A stretch of DNA of 64,000 nt from Eledone cirrhosa (taxonomy: Eukaryota): contig OZ024740.1 of the NCBI GenBank assembly GCA_964016885.1, forward strand, positions 64,542,001-64,606,000, written 5' to 3'. Of the stretch, positions 41,372-55,419 are shown one piece after another. The notes under the pieces are model-generated. The model had not been told where the DNA came from. It ran no database searches and saw nothing but the letters and a program-made list of their open reading frames with translations. Position numbers and translations under genes: made by a program. The first letter of the stretch is position 1; every line of letters starts with the position of its first letter.

Positions 41372-42096
41372 ACTTTATTAAATAACAGAATAGAGCGATC
41401 GTTATACTGTAACCATCGCTTAAAATCTACATTTTCATATTATAAATACTATCAGGATTGAACGCCTGTCTCTATCCCCGTTTGATTGTCAAAATAGATA
41501 TTAACATTCTTTATTAGTCTTAATTCTATCAACTCTTCTATTATTTACCTTTTAATACAAACTGCTATAGATAAAATGAGATTTCTGATTTCTTGATTCA
41601 ATTCCCTAATGCATATACCAGCTGGCTACTAGCATTGATGTTATTTAGTAGCAATCGAAATCTCCCCCTTCCCCAATTGACACTTTATAATTAATACTAC
41701 TGCACCAAATGACCAGCCCTGTCCACTGTCCAGTTGGTCAAGTACGGATTAAAATTGGCACTCACAAAATTCTTATTTAGATTTACTCATGGTATTCTCA
41801 TTAGAAACCCATTATATACTTGTTTAGCAGTAAATTAATTTACCATCTGTCATATACTATCCCCTCTGTTTCTTCCTCTATTACTAATATAAATGCTTCA
41901 ATTTTTCTGATTTTATCCAATTTATCCAAAATCTCTGAAGAAGTGACAGCTGATTATACATTTGCTATCGAATACTTGCTAACATTATATGATTACGCAA
42001 GCAGCGATACATAGGTATTCCGTCTGTTACAGAAACATATGTCAATACCTAATAAATTCCTTTTTAAAAAAATCACTTTCATTTTATATTCATCCT

Positions 42097-42214
<118 letters not shown>

Positions 42215-42345
42215 GTGAGGTTTTTTTTTACAAAATGAAAAATAACCGAGGTGTCCTACACGAGTGGAAGTATAAAGAAAAAGGGATGAAATCGAAAATG
42301 CAACTGAAGTCTTATTTTTTTAAAAATATATATATTTATTTGGTT

Positions 42346-42383
42346 CCTTTACCGGTTTCGCAGTTCTTCTGCTTTTCAAAAGG
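42346..42383 (-). ncRNA. Minimal hammerhead (U3-A8 variant)
   Basis: Reverse complement of 46638-46675. Confidence 0.8.
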
Positions 42384-42896
42384 TGAGTTGAGATGGAGGG
42401 TCTGTGGTTTTTCTCACATCTGGTTGGTCTCTAAATGTTACTTGTTTTATATGGAAAAACTGGCTCGAAAACCAGGTTTTTCGAGAAGTAATTTGATTGG
42501 TTTGTCAATAATTATAATAAATTTCGCGCCAGTTCGCGTTACAATAGTTCTTCAAATAAGAGAGGGGGGGGGGGGTTGTCACAGGTTGTTTTTTCATATA
42601 TGAGTGTTTGAATTTCTTTTTACTTGAAAAAATGAGGCTCACGAAGGCTTTTTTTTGGTTGGTTATAAATGAAATTTGGCTGTCACGTGAACAAGTTTTC
42701 ATTACATTTTTGCGCCCTTATTTGGAAAACTATTCTGTAGTCTATAGTGAATGTTATGACAATGGAGAGATAGTGGTCAAGGGAAAAGGGATTGGGAGAA
42801 ATGTTCTGGTTCAGTGAATATGGCCAGCTGTCAGAGTTCAGGTGTCAGAGTTCAGATTTTCTATTGAGACTGAAGATATGTGTTTATTTGTGTGCT

Positions 42897-42927
<31 letters not shown>

Positions 42928-43185
42928 ATGTGTGTATTGGAAGATGATTCTATTAGTAGAGATGGGGGAGGGAGTTGTGTGTGTGTGTATATGGGTGTTA
43001 TGTGTGTGTGTGCGAGTATGTTAGATAGAGAGAATATATATTTTTTGTGTGTGTGTATATATATATGTGTGTAGGAAAGTGGTTCTATTAGTAGAAATGG
43101 GGAGGGTGTTGTAGGTGTGGGGGTTTTTATGTGTGTGTATGGGTGTTATGTGTGTGGGAGTATGGTTAGCATGTTAAGATGAAGA

Positions 43186-43236
<51 letters not shown>

Positions 43237-43440
43237 GTGTGTGTATGTGTGTGTGTAGGAAAATGATTCCTTTAGTAGGAATATTTTTGAATGAACATAT
43301 TTTCCTGACTTTTTCGTGTTTGCTGTTGTATTGCCAGTGCAAACGTATGTTTAAGGTTTATTTAGTTCGGGTTTTTATTTTCTAAAGTAGGTGTTATGTG
43401 TGTGTGTGTATGTCATATTGTGGTGTTGACATAATGTATA

Positions 43441-45030
43441 TTAAACCTTATTTAATGTTGGTCTATATTTTTGAATAAACATATTTTCCTTATTTATTCG
43501 CATTTGTTCTGTTGTATTGTTAGCGCAAAGGTAAAATGGGAAGACTTGGAATTTGGGTGTCTTATTACTTGCGCAAATGTCTAGATGTGCACTTAGTGGT
43601 ATTTGTCTCGTGGTTGGATCTCGTAATTGTTGGCGATGAACTGTCATTCTGTTTCTGAGTGTGAGTTTAGTTTGTCCTATATAATCTTCATTGCATCCTT
43701 TACATTTAATGGCATAAATTAGATTTTTTGATGAGCAAGTGAAGTGATTTTTTACAGTAAAATTTTGTCCTGATTTAAATGTATACGTGTTGCCTTCAAT
43801 GAGGTGAGTGCAGGTTCCACAATTAGAGCGACCACATTTTTTGATACTTGGTTGTGGGTTTGTGGTAGGTAATTTGGCATTGGTAAGTAATGTTTTCAGT
43901 GATTTTGGTTGTCTTTTGCTTTTGATTATTTTGTGTGTTTCAAGGGCTTTTTTCATTCTTGGGTTTTGTTTTAGTAGTGGGATGTTATTGTGAATAGTGT
44001 TGTAAGCTTCCGCATTTCTTGGGTTGTGTGTTGAGATATATGATAGAATATTGGACGTACCTTGAATTTGTTTCTGTTTCCGTAATTCATCAATGCCTAT
44101 TGCTTTAGCCCTTTCTATTCCATTATTTATTAGTAATAGTGGGTACTCTCTCTCAAGTAGAATTTCCTTTAATTCTTGAAGTCTTTTATTTCGCGTTTCA
44201 TAATTGGAGACAATTGTGCAAATTCTTCTTGCTAGGTTAAAAGGAATGTTCGTCTTCGTGTGCTTTGGATGGTTGGAGGTGAATAGCAGATATTGTTTGG
44301 AATCTGTTGGTTTGTAGTGTATGTCAGTTTCGATATTTTTGTCTTTTTTTGTGATTAAGATGTCCAGAAATGGGAGTTGATCTTGGCTGTATTCCATTGT
44401 GAATTGGATGTGGTTATTGATGCCGTTTATTAAGTTTTTGAAATCCTTCAGTTGGTCGAGTGTGTGGGACCAAAGAATGAGGCAATCATCCAAGTAGCGT
44501 TTCCAATTCTCTGATAAATATTTGTGGAAGTTCAATCCGTATTTTGATTTGGACTGTTCATATATCTGGACTTCTAAGTATGCCATGACTAAGTTGGCAT
44601 AAGTTGGAGCGGCTTTTGTGCCCATCGCAGTCCCCGATATTTGCTTGTAAGTATTGCCATCGAAATCAAAAAAGTTGTTCTGTAGGATGAATTTTAATCC
44701 CTCGGTGATGAAGCTTTTTTCTATTCTGTCAGGTATCTCATTGGGATATTTCTCTAGCCAGAATCCTATTGCTTCTAGTCCGTATTGGTGTGGGATCGTT
44801 GTGTAGAGATTCACTACATCGAAAGACACAATAATAGTGTCGTTGTTGACATGTTTGGGGAGGTGGTTTAAGAGGTCCAGATCGTCTCTTACAAGGCTTG
44901 GTATGTGTTTCAGTATTGGTTTCAGTAGTATGTCTATAAAGTTGCTCAATCTGTGTGTTTCACATTGTGGGCCCGCTACAATTGGTCTTAATTTAAGGTC
45001 TGTGGTGTATTGTGTGTTCACGCAGGCTTG
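43441..45030 (-). CDS. PLE reverse transcriptase plus C-terminal GIY-YIG endonuclease (open, N-terminally truncated)
   Basis: LRPIV, SFDVVNLYT, GTAMGTKAAPTYANL, RYLDD, FLD, SNHP, CGRSNCGTC, IY..YIGQT. Confidence 0.95.
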   Translation of the reverse strand, partial: QACVNTQYTTDLKLRPIVAGPQCETHRLSNFIDILLKPILKHIPSLVRDDLDLLNHLPKHVNNDTIIVSFDVVNLYTTIPHQYGLEAIGFWLEKYPNEIPDRIEKSFITEGLKFILQNNFFDFDGNTYKQISGTAMGTKAAPTYANLVMAYLEVQIYEQSKSKYGLNFHKYLSENWKRYLDDCLILWSHTLDQLKDFKNLINGINNHIQFTMEYSQDQLPFLDILITKKDKNIETDIHYKPTDSKQYLLFTSNHPKHTKTNIPFNLARRICTIVSNYETRNKRLQELKEILLEREYPLLLINNGIERAKAIGIDELRKQKQIQGTSNILSYISTHNPRNAEAYNTIHNNIPLLKQNPRMKKALETHKIIKSKRQPKSLKTLLTNAKLPTTNPQPSIKKCGRSNCGTCTHLIEGNTYTFKSGQNFTVKNHFTCSSKNLIYAIKCKGCNEDYIGQTKLTLRNRMTVHRQQLRDPTTRQIPLSAHLDICASNKTPKFQVFPFYLCANNTTEQMRINKENMFIQKYRPTLNKV

Positions 45031-45099
45031 GGTATTGTGTGTGGGGTATTGTGTGTTCACGCAGGGGTATTGTGTGTGGGGTATTGTGTGTTCACGCAG

Positions 45100-45605
45100 C
45101 CCTTGAAACACACAAAATAATCAAAAGCAAAAGACAACCAAAATCACTGAAAACATTACTCACCAATGCCAAATTACCTACCACAAACCCACAACCAAGT
45201 ATCAAAAAATGTGGTCGCTCTAATTGTGGAACCTGCACTCACCTCATTGAAGGCAACACGTATACATTTAAATCAGGACAAAATTTTACTGTAAAAAATC
45301 ACTTCACTTGCTCATCAAAAAATCTAATTTATGCCATTAAATGTAAAGGATGCAATGAAGATTATATAGGACAAACTAAACTCACACTCAGAAACAGAAT
45401 GACAGTTCATCGCCAACAATTACGAGATCCAACCACGAGACAAATACCACTAAGTGCACATCTAGACATTTGCGCAAGTAATAAGACACCCAAATTCCAA
45501 GTCTTCCCATTTTACCTTTGCGCTAACAATACAACAGAACAAATGCGAATAAATAAGGAAAATATGTTTATTCAAAAATATAGACCAACATTAAATAAGG
45601 TTTAA
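45100..45605 (+). CDS. Duplicate GIY-YIG domain in the inverted arm
   Basis: Peptide identical to the C-terminus of the 43441 ORF. Confidence 0.9.
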
Positions 45606-46637
45606 TATACATTATGTCAACACCACAATATGACATACACACACACACATAACACCTACTTTAGAAAATAAAAACCCGAACTAAATAAACCTTAAACATA
45701 CGTTTGCACTGGCAATACAACAGCAAACACGAAAAAGTCAGGAAAATATGTTCATTCAAAAATATTCCTACTAAAGGAATCATTTTCCTACACATACACA
45801 TACACACACAATATATATATATATATATATTCTCTTCATCTTAACATGCTAACCATACTCCCACACACATAACACCCATACACACACATAAAACCCCCCA
45901 CACCTATAACACCCTCCCCATTTCTACTAATAGAACCACTTTCCTACACACATATATATATATACACACACAAAAAATATATATTCTCTCTATCTAACAT
46001 ACTCGCACACACACACATAACACCCATATACACACACACACAACTCCCTCCCCCATCTCTACTAATAGAATCATCTTCCAATACACACATACACACACAC
46101 ACACACACATATATACACACACACAAGCACACAAATAAACACATATCTTCAGTCTCAATAGAAAATCTGAACTCTGACACCTGAACTCTGACAGCTGGCC
46201 ATATTCACTGAACCAGAACATTTCTCCCAATCCCTTTTCCCTTGACCACTATCTCTCCATTGTCATAACATTCACTAAAGACTACAGAATAGTTTTCCAA
46301 ATAAGGGCGCAAAAATGTAATGAAAACTTGTTCACGTGACAGCCAAATTTCATTTATAACCAACCAAAAAAAAGCCTTCGTGAGCCTCATTTTTTCAAGT
46401 AAAAAGAAATTCAAACACTCATATATGAAAAAACAACCTGTGACAACGCCCCCCCCCTCTCTTATTTGAAGAACTATTGTAACGCGAACTGGCGCGAAAT
46501 TTATTATAATTATTGACAAACCAATCAAATTACTTCTCGAAAAACCTGGTTTTCGAGCCAGTTTTTCCATATAAAACAAGTAACATTTAGAGACCAACCA
46601 GATGTGAGAAAAACCACAGACCCTCCATCTCAACTCA

Positions 46638-46675
46638 CCTTTTGAAAAGCAGAAGAACTGCGAAACCGGTAAAGG
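46638..46675 (+). ncRNA. Minimal 38-nt hammerhead (U3-A8 variant)
   Basis: cctt-TTGAAAA-gcag-aagaa-ctgc-GAAA-ccgg-TA-aagg. Confidence 0.85.
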
Positions 46676-46746
46676 AACCAAATAAATATATATATTTAAA
46701 AAAAAATAAGACTTCAGTTGCATTTTCGATTTCATCCCTTTTTCTT

Positions 46747-46783
<37 letters not shown>

Positions 46784-47144
46784 AGATATATATATTAGAA
46801 ATTAGAAAAAATATAAGCTTTCACCGTATTTTAGACTAAAGAAATTTCTAGCCTGATAGTGGGGTTTATAACCCTCAGAGAAATGGAAAAAGATGAGTGT
46901 TGCCGTACATATATATATATATAAATAAAAATAACAAATTAAAGTTTAAGCAAATAATCACTGCTTTCACCCTTAACGCGATCTTCTGAAACTAAAAAAG
47001 TCAATCTGTGAACGCAGAAGTAAATATTTCAAAAAACATTGCAACCGAAGTAAGACAGGAAGACGATACTTTGGTTCGTGAAAACGTTCCCTGGCAAAGA
47101 ACGGGAAAAAAACGAAGATAATACGCCATTATCTGGAGCGGTGA

Positions 47145-47340
47145 AAACAATTACACGCAAAGACAGAACCACGTTTATGGTATAAATGAAGTCGTAGACT
47201 AATATTTTATTAGGTGGTTCATGGAGACGTTCTCGAAGATAATACGTCATTGTGTGGATCAGTTAGAACAATTACACGCAAAGACAAAACCGTGTGAATG
47301 GTATAACTAAAGTCGTAGACTAAAATTATATTTAGGAAAC
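47145..47340. repeat. Diverged ~120-bp tandem duplication
   Basis: aacaattacacgcaaagaca..aagtcgtagactaa occurs twice, ~120 bp apart. Confidence 0.75.
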
Positions 47341-48523
47341 CGAATGATTCTCGGCTTCAGAGTTAAGAATAAAGTAAATAAAATACAGAGGTAATTGAAA
47401 TTAAATATATACATACACGCATCCATATACGTACATACACAGGGATACGCGAAAACACTCGCCATGGGTATGCAAATACAAGCACGTACACAAAAAAACC
47501 CAAAAAAAAACAAAACAAAAACACGCAGGCACATACAGAACCCACGCAACGCCTGTACCCGCACACATACGAACGTATACATCAAATACACATAAACATA
47601 TATATATAAAAATATATGTGTGTGCGTGTGCGTGTTAATACATAATTATGTGTGTATAAATATACACACATAAATACGTATATAACGCCCGCACACACAT
47701 ACCTACATGTAAATACACATATGTTCGCGGAAAACCTTTTGGTTGAATCACCAGCTCAATGAGTAGCTCGATATTCGAGTCGGGTCTATAACTGCAGATA
47801 CACATTAAAAACTTAATTTCATATAAACGAAACTTCATCTCGTCTCTGATATACACTCTGCTTGTGCATTGAGTATTGATATTGGTATCAACCCCAGTAT
47901 TTCACTGAATTACATACACTATATATATATTGAGAAGTAAGCCATGCAGTCGAAGTGTACGATAAACTTATATCTGTATATATACGAATTCCCGAGTAAA
48001 TTGAAAAAACATCATTAACACATTTAATCGACTTTCGGGTTTAGTTTTTTTCCTCATTACAAAGCGTGTATATCATCTAAACAATTAACGGAACACGTAT
48101 TATATACCCATTGGCCTTTAGTTGTACTCGCAGAAAAACCACCCTTCGTGTAGTATGTAGTGTGTATATTGATATTATACGCAAGTATATATACATGTAT
48201 ATATACATAGGGCAAATAAAATCGTAATTGACAATATACATATAATATATATATGAAGAGAGTCTGGGTTACACTATCTTATGTAATCAGTAACGTAATC
48301 CATGATACATTAAAGAAAGACGATATTATATATAAACTGCATTAGGAAAAAATTAGTGACAGAAAATAAATATGTTTATTTAAGCGATCGCCACCAGAAG
48401 TGTTGACATTTGAAAATTTTAAAGATGTGAATCTTTAAATAATTAATAAAATATATTTAATGAACAGCCACGAAATTTAGTAGATAAATTATGTAATATT
48501 CATTCATTATTTATTCAAAGTAT

Positions 48524-48715
48524 AGGGCGGTGAATTGGCAGTATCGGTAGAGGGTTGGACGCCATGCTTTGACGCATAGAGTTACGGCCCTTGCCATTCT
48601 GAGTTCAAATCCCGCCGAGGTTAACTTTGCCTTTCATCCTTATGGGGTCGATAAAATAAAGTACCAGTAATGTACTGGATAATTGCTGGCCTTGTGCCAA
48701 AAGTAGAAACAATTA
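48524..48715 (+). mobile_element. Near full-length tRNA-derived SINE
   Basis: gggcggtgaattggcagtatcgg (A box), gagttcaaatccc (B box), A/T-rich tail. Confidence 0.85.
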
Positions 48716-48991
48716 TTTATTCAAAGTAATCCAACTTATTTTACTAATGGGATAAAAAATGATAAACCGTACGTAGGCCCGCGCTTCTTACTTTATTATA
48801 GTTTAAATTCACAAATGGACGTACTAATGTGCTTAAAATTAGCGTTCGTGTTGGTAACTAATTAAGATATATATCAAGAACTGCGCTAAGCAGACGAATT
48901 GTATGATAACGTTATATCTGTATACATCTGTGTGTAAGTATATATATATATATATATATATATTATTAAGTGTAATGAATTCCTATATATA

Positions 48992-49037
<46 letters not shown>

Positions 49038-49213
49038 TATATCCACGGTAAGTTGTGGGGTCTAGTCTGCATGAAGAACTCAATGTAATCCATATGTTGA
49101 AAATGTTGTAGGTTAAAATAAATCCCGGAAAACAATAAAGCATTAAAAGGAAAACAGAGTAATGATATAAGTTAAAACAATGAAATAAAAATTCAAGTCA
49201 TTAGAAATATACT

Positions 49214-49357
49214 TCACTGCTTTACGATCGTTTCTAGGTTCTGATAATACATCGTAACCATACCTCGTTATCGATCTATGTAAGGTTAGTTACAAAATAT
49301 CAGATGAGGAAAATATTTACATACATGTATATCACCAGCTGTTATCAAAAGCAATGA
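49214..49357 (-). ncRNA. Hammerhead (U3-A8 variant, long stem II)
   Basis: tcattgctt-TTGATAA-(~105 nt)-GAAA-cgatcg-TA-aagcagtga. Confidence 0.7.
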
Positions 49358-49859
49358 GAATGTTATTCAAAATTAGTAGTAAATTGAGTTTTATGACCTT
49401 ATTTGGAGGTAGCTGAAGAACAAACCAATCAGATTGTTTTTTTCCCATATGATGTTAAGATGAAAAATAACTCACTTAAGTTGAGGTCATGACCCTTTGA
49501 AAGGAATGGTTGAATGGTGTTAACAATAGAATAGCTATAAAGAATCTATGAGGAAAAAGTGGATTATCATATTGATAGTTGAATGTATATGGTATAGTAC
49601 AGTTTAAAAGGAATGTAAAAATTAGATGTTGAGTTGTGTTGTATGGAGTTTTTAGGTAAATATAAATTACGGTCATGACCAGGAAAGATAGTATATTAAA
49701 AGATGAAAATTATAATAAGATAATGAAATGTCGTCGATTTAGATTGTAGTGAGTTAAAGAGAAATAATTGTTTATGGTGTACACGTCCAAATTTTAAAAA
49801 TAGTGAGTACGTTACTCTTAAAAAAGTTCTTAATATATATACAATAGCTTCATACGGAA

Positions 49860-51765
49860 AGAATTACATAGTAAATACAAATAAACTAAAGAGGCGGCAC
49901 TGATAAACATCAACAACGCGGCACACAATATAGTCAAACACCTAGGAATAGACGACAGAACGGAGCCACTTAGGCCATGTACCCCCACATTTAATCTAAA
50001 GGACCACAAGGTAAATTTTGATTATAACCCCACAATTAGACTTATATGCCCGTCCAAATCGGACATTGGGAAAATTAGTAAACATATTAAACAGAGTGAT
50101 AGCACAAATGAAGAATAAACTAGTGATTAAACTATGGGGTAACGCTACCGAAACAATTAAGTGGTTTAACACTATAGCTAACAAAAAAGTATCTAAGTTT
50201 ATACAATTCGACATTAACGACTATTACTCCTCTATATCCCCCAAAAACTTGGATAAAGCCTTAGCATTCGCCAAAGCCAATTCTGACCTAACAGACGACG
50301 AGATAAAATTATATTAGCTGCTAGGAAAAAAATAATTAAATTTGAAAACGCCTATTGGGAACGTAGGGATAGATTAAATAACTTTGACATCACGATGGGG
50401 GTTAACGACTCGGCTCAAGTCACAGATTTAGTAGGTATTTATGCCATAGTTTACAGAGTGAGTTTAGCGATCTTCACGGTGGAATCTACAGAGACGACGC
50501 CCTTCTCCTAGTTAAGAACCTAAATAACCAGAGCATAGAAAGACTCCGTAAGAATATTAGAAAGACTCTCGGAAAATTAGACCTGAGCATAACGTATGAG
50601 TATAGCACTAAAATAGTTAACTTTCTTGACGCGACGCTTAACCTAAATACGGGGCTTATAAGACCTTTTCACAAGATTAATCAAAACTTAGCATACATCA
50701 ACTGTAATTCAAATCCCCCACTATCCATAATTAAATCCATTCCACGCAGCATATCTCTTCGGACCTCCCGCTTCTCGTCTAACCGACAAATCTTCGAGGA
50801 ACATGCAGAATACTACAATACCGCACTAGACAAGGCAGGCCACTTAGATAGAGTAGAATATATAGATGAGAGCCTCCGCAAAGCGCACACGAACACGCAT
50901 AACACAAAATACAGAAGCTACAAATTATCCTGTAAATAGAAATACAACATCGAAATCAAACAAGTCACGCAGTAGAAAATATATTTCGTATAACCCCATA
51001 TTTAAACCTCTATTAGTACTAACCTACCCTCTACCTTCTTTAGAATAGTAAATAAGCACTTTCCAAATTCACATAGATACAGAGAAAACCTTAACATTAA
51101 ATCTATTAGACTATCTTACTCCACGGCACCAAACATAGAGGCACACATTAAGATGCTTAACGCTAAACAGATACATAACAGCACCAGAACACAAATTTAT
51201 AACAATAACAATACAATCTCCATTGAACGCAACAGAATATCTAATACACAACCACCCACTAATAGGCAAACAAACGTAACACACTTGTACAGGCATGCAG
51301 CCCACCAATAATGCCAAAGTTGCCCATGACAAGAATTGTAGCTGCCACCTACCTGAAACATGTCCATTACATAATGAATGTATGCAGTCTAAGCTGGTTT
51401 ACCAATGCACAGTAGAATCAGACAACCAGAAATGGTATTACATCGGAGCGACTGGGAATACATTTAAAGCCTGTTGGTATACACACCGTTACGCAATGAA
51501 ACATTCACAACATCGTTATGTAACTACCCTTGCAAACAACACCTGGCAACTGAGGGAAAGTAACCACCAATACACCCTGAAGTGTAAAAAAATTATCGAA
51601 CGTGCCCATCATATCGGAGTGGTATGAGAAGCTGTCGGTTATGTGACCTTAAGCGGTACCACATTTTGAGTTCGAAGAATAAGTTACTCAACACTAAAAT
51701 TGAAAGATCAATTTATTGTAACCATAGACTCAAAGAAAAGTTTTCGCACTACAAGTGCAAATCGA
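49860..51765 (+). pseudogene. Frameshifted PLE RT + GIY-YIG
   Basis: LKDHK..RLICP, FIQFDINDYYSSI, FDITMG..SAQVTDLVG, IYRDD (~50485), NFLD, CSC..CPL, VY..YIGAT, CRLC. Confidence 0.85.
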
Positions 51766-52025
51766 ACCCTTAACCTCTTACTACCACATGACAAATTGCA
51801 TATACTTAGACTTTCTACCCTCTTATTGTATCTAACCCCTTTAATATACCCACAAAAACTAATACCTATATCCCTCCCTTCTCATTCATTCCTTTTCTAT
51901 TTCTTTTCGTTTTATTCCTTTCTTCTCTCCCCTTTTTGGCTATCTTTTCTCTTCTTCTTTCTCCCCCCTTATTTATTTTTATTTTTATTTTTTTTATATA
52001 TATATTTATCTCTCTATATCTCCTC

Positions 52026-52086
<61 letters not shown>

Positions 52087-52828
52087 CTCTCTCTCCATCC
52101 CTTCCACGATAAACAATTATTTCTCTTTAACTCACTACAATCTAAATCGACGACATGAAGCCTCCGTATCAAAACTGATCAAGGAATCCTTCCACCTCTA
52201 CCCCTCCCTCCATCTCAGTTTGTCACTCTACTTCCTAACTCTTCTCCCCCTTTCTCTCTCTCTATACTATTCCGTTTGTCCCCCCACTTTCTAATTCCTC
52301 TTCCTCCCTCTCTATACTAGTAAATACAATTCCCCAAAAATGTTTTTCTCTATATATTAAGAACTTTTTTAAGAGTAACTTACTCACTATTTTGAAAATT
52401 TGGACGTGAACAACAATTATCATTGAGTGGCTGCTATTTGCAGTATAGCAATATAAGATTGCACTTACCAATGAAACGGTCGCAAATACCTGGATAAAAT
52501 CCCTTTCTTAATGCTTATCTGTGTTTTCTTTTTTATACTATATATATATATATATATATATATAAATGGAATAGAATGAAACAAAATTTCATTTCTCACT
52601 CTTAGTACCGCACTTACCTAAATGTACATACATACATACCTATATATATATATATATATATATATATAGGAGAATGTTATAGTTCACTTGAAGCATTGTG
52701 TAATGAGGTATAAACGTTTGTATATGTATAATAAAGCCAAAACAATGCAGGTATGGACATAGAATAAAGAATGCAAATGCAAAAGATATTGTTGACAATT
52801 AGTCTTTTACCTTAGATTTATTTAAATG

Positions 52829-52866
52829 TCCTTAGTTTTCGAGATAATATCTCTTCTTCGGAGGGA
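52829..52866 (-). ncRNA. Ultra-minimal hammerhead-like motif (inverted copy)
   Basis: Reverse complement of 55135-55172. Confidence 0.5.
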
Positions 52867-53159
52867 AGTCAAGCGATTAAACCAGTGTTCTAAATAGCTT
52901 GCCAAGTCATGCTGACAGGAAATGGTATAGAGTATCTGTTCTATCTCTAATGTCAAAGAGTTAAGGTTAGGTGGATAAATAGTAGTCTCCCTTTAAAAGG
53001 GTGTTTTTGTACATGCCTGTTTAAGTGTGTGGGAGAATGCATGAAGGTGTAAGTATGTGAGTGTGTGTGTGTGAGTGTGAGAAGATATGTCTATACGTAA
53101 ATGTGGGGGATAGATGTTATCTCGTGTTAGAACTGGTCTTTGTGTGTGTGAGAGAGAAT

Positions 53160-54737
53160 AAGTGGAGGCGAACAAGACGATACCAACACCGAACCTAGCG
53201 GCGTCCCGACCAACAACACACCTGACGCAAAACACCTCGTCACAGACTTGACAGGATCCCTCTCCCGAGAGGAATTAGACCTCCTCAGCCTGGGTCCCAA
53301 GTTCATATTGAAACAGAGACTGGACGACAAATTATGGCTCGACATAGAAACGAATTTCTGTCGGGCTGCCTACCAACTAAAATGGATATCGACTCTCGGC
53401 AACAACACCACGGAATCTAACAAACCCAGATTCCCGATATACCAACTGGATCGCCCTCTCTGCCCACCGCCTGCCAACCGCGAGCTTGAAGAAAAACTCT
53501 CGAGGCTAAAACATTCCGTATTTAACATCTTACGGAAACAGAAGAAGATAGCCCCAAACCTCTCCAGGACACAACAACTCGCCCTGAAGAACCTACGGAA
53601 TAGGGAACTTATATACTTATCATCCGACAAAGGTAAAGAGTTTTGCGTCATCTCTCAAGCCACAAACAACAACCTAGCCTTTGAACACCTAAGCGACAAT
53701 GAATTATATACAGAGATCCTGGACATGACTGCAGCCCAGATCGAAAAACAGACCAACTCCATCTGGTTCGATATCTGTAGAAGACAACTCCCAAATAAAG
53801 TTAAGCTCAACTACACCACTAGCAATAGCAGACTGCCAACTTTCTACCACCTCATCAAGACCCACAAGAATAGTACAAAGACGCAAATAAGACCCATCGT
53901 CTCTAGCATTGAAGGACCCCTATACAAAATTTCCTGGCTCCTCTCCCAGGTCCTCAAGCCTCTACTCTCCACCTTTCCCGGGCATGTCAGTAGCTCCGAC
54001 AAAGTTATACGTAGACTACACCAACTCCAGCCAGAACAACTTAAACTAAATAGATACGCCTTTAGCCTCGACGTTGTCTCCCTCTACACTACAGTCCCCG
54101 CTGATCCAGCTGTCGATTTATTGACGGACTGCGTGGTCGCAGAGGACATCCACTGCTACGGCCTCCATACATACACCAGCTTTTCTCCTTCACAGTAGAC
54201 AACACGTACTTCACCTTCCACCACCACACATACAGACAGACAACAGGATTACCCATGGGATCCAGCCTATCGGGCCTGCTGGCCATCACCTATATGAACC
54301 AGCTAGAATGCCGAGCCCTCAACACCTGCCATTCCCATACCTTCTTCACCCGATATGTAGATGACATACTCATCCTTACATCATCCCGTGAGGAGCCAGA
54401 TAAAATATACACATTCTCCAGCATGGACGCCAGTATAAAATTCAGCATGGAACACCTCGATGACCGCGGATCACTGTTCCTACTGGACTTCCAACTCAGG
54501 GTAACAGAGGAAGGCAACAACCACACCTGCTTCTATAAAAAAGCCGCCAGCAGGGACCTGTTCGTACATTTCAGATCGGCCGTCCCAGCAAAAACACCGA
54601 CAAAACCATAACAGTTAGGATAGAAACTAAGGAAAGAAACCTCGGCAATCTTAGAATTAAGGAAGCACTAATTATATACAAAACACAACCACCAATCAAT
54701 AATAGACTAGAACACAACACCCAATTTATAACTTGAT
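53160..54737 (+). pseudogene. PLE reverse transcriptase (frameshifted) plus EN C-terminal stub
   Basis: LSLGPKF, SDKG, IKTHK, RPIVS, SLDVVSLYT, GLPMGSSLS, RYVDD; then LRIKEALII..P.IN. Confidence 0.9.
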
Positions 54738-55134
54738 AGAGCTTCTAGCCCCATATTTACACACACCCCACACTCACACACACACGCACACACACACGCA
54801 CACACACACACACGCTTAAACCTCCACTTATTCTCTCACACAGACACACATACACACACAAAGACCAGTTCGAACACGAGATAACATCTATCCCCCACAT
54901 TTACGTATAGACATATCTTCTCACACCCCCACACACACACTCACATACTTACACCTTCATGCATTCTCCCACACACTTAAACAGGCATGTACAAAAAACC
55001 CCTTTTATAGGGAGACGACTATTTATCCACCTAACCTTAACTCTTTGACATTAGAGATAGAACAGATACTCTATACCATTTCCTGTCAGCATGACTTGGC
55101 AAGCTATTTAGAACACTGGTTTAACCGCTTGACT

Positions 55135-55172
55135 TCCCTCCGAAGAAGAGATATTGTCTCGAAAACTAAGGA
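55135..55172 (+). ncRNA. Ultra-minimal hammerhead-like motif
   Basis: cct-CCGAAGA-agagat-att-gtctc-GAAA-ac-TA-agg; stem III almost absent. Confidence 0.55.
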
Positions 55173-55285
55173 CATTTAAATAAATCTAAGGTAAAAGACT
55201 AATTGTCAACAATATCTTTTGCATTTGCATTCTTTATTCTATGTCCATACCTGCATTGTTTTGGCTTTATTATACATATACAAAC

Positions 55286-55419
<134 letters not shown>

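Larger units (their letters stand above)
49035..52540 (+). mobile_element. Decayed Naiad-like PLE preceded by inverted pLTR sequence
   Basis: 49770-49840 is inverted to 52340-52420; RT and EN remnants lie between; HHR on the minus strand at 49214-49357. Confidence 0.8.

Noticed and set aside
46810-47000. Two further HHR-like traces on the minus strand
   Set aside because: Core and stems too degenerate to support.
48524-48615. tRNA gene
   Set aside because: A/B boxes belong to a SINE head; no cloverleaf, continues into the SINE body.
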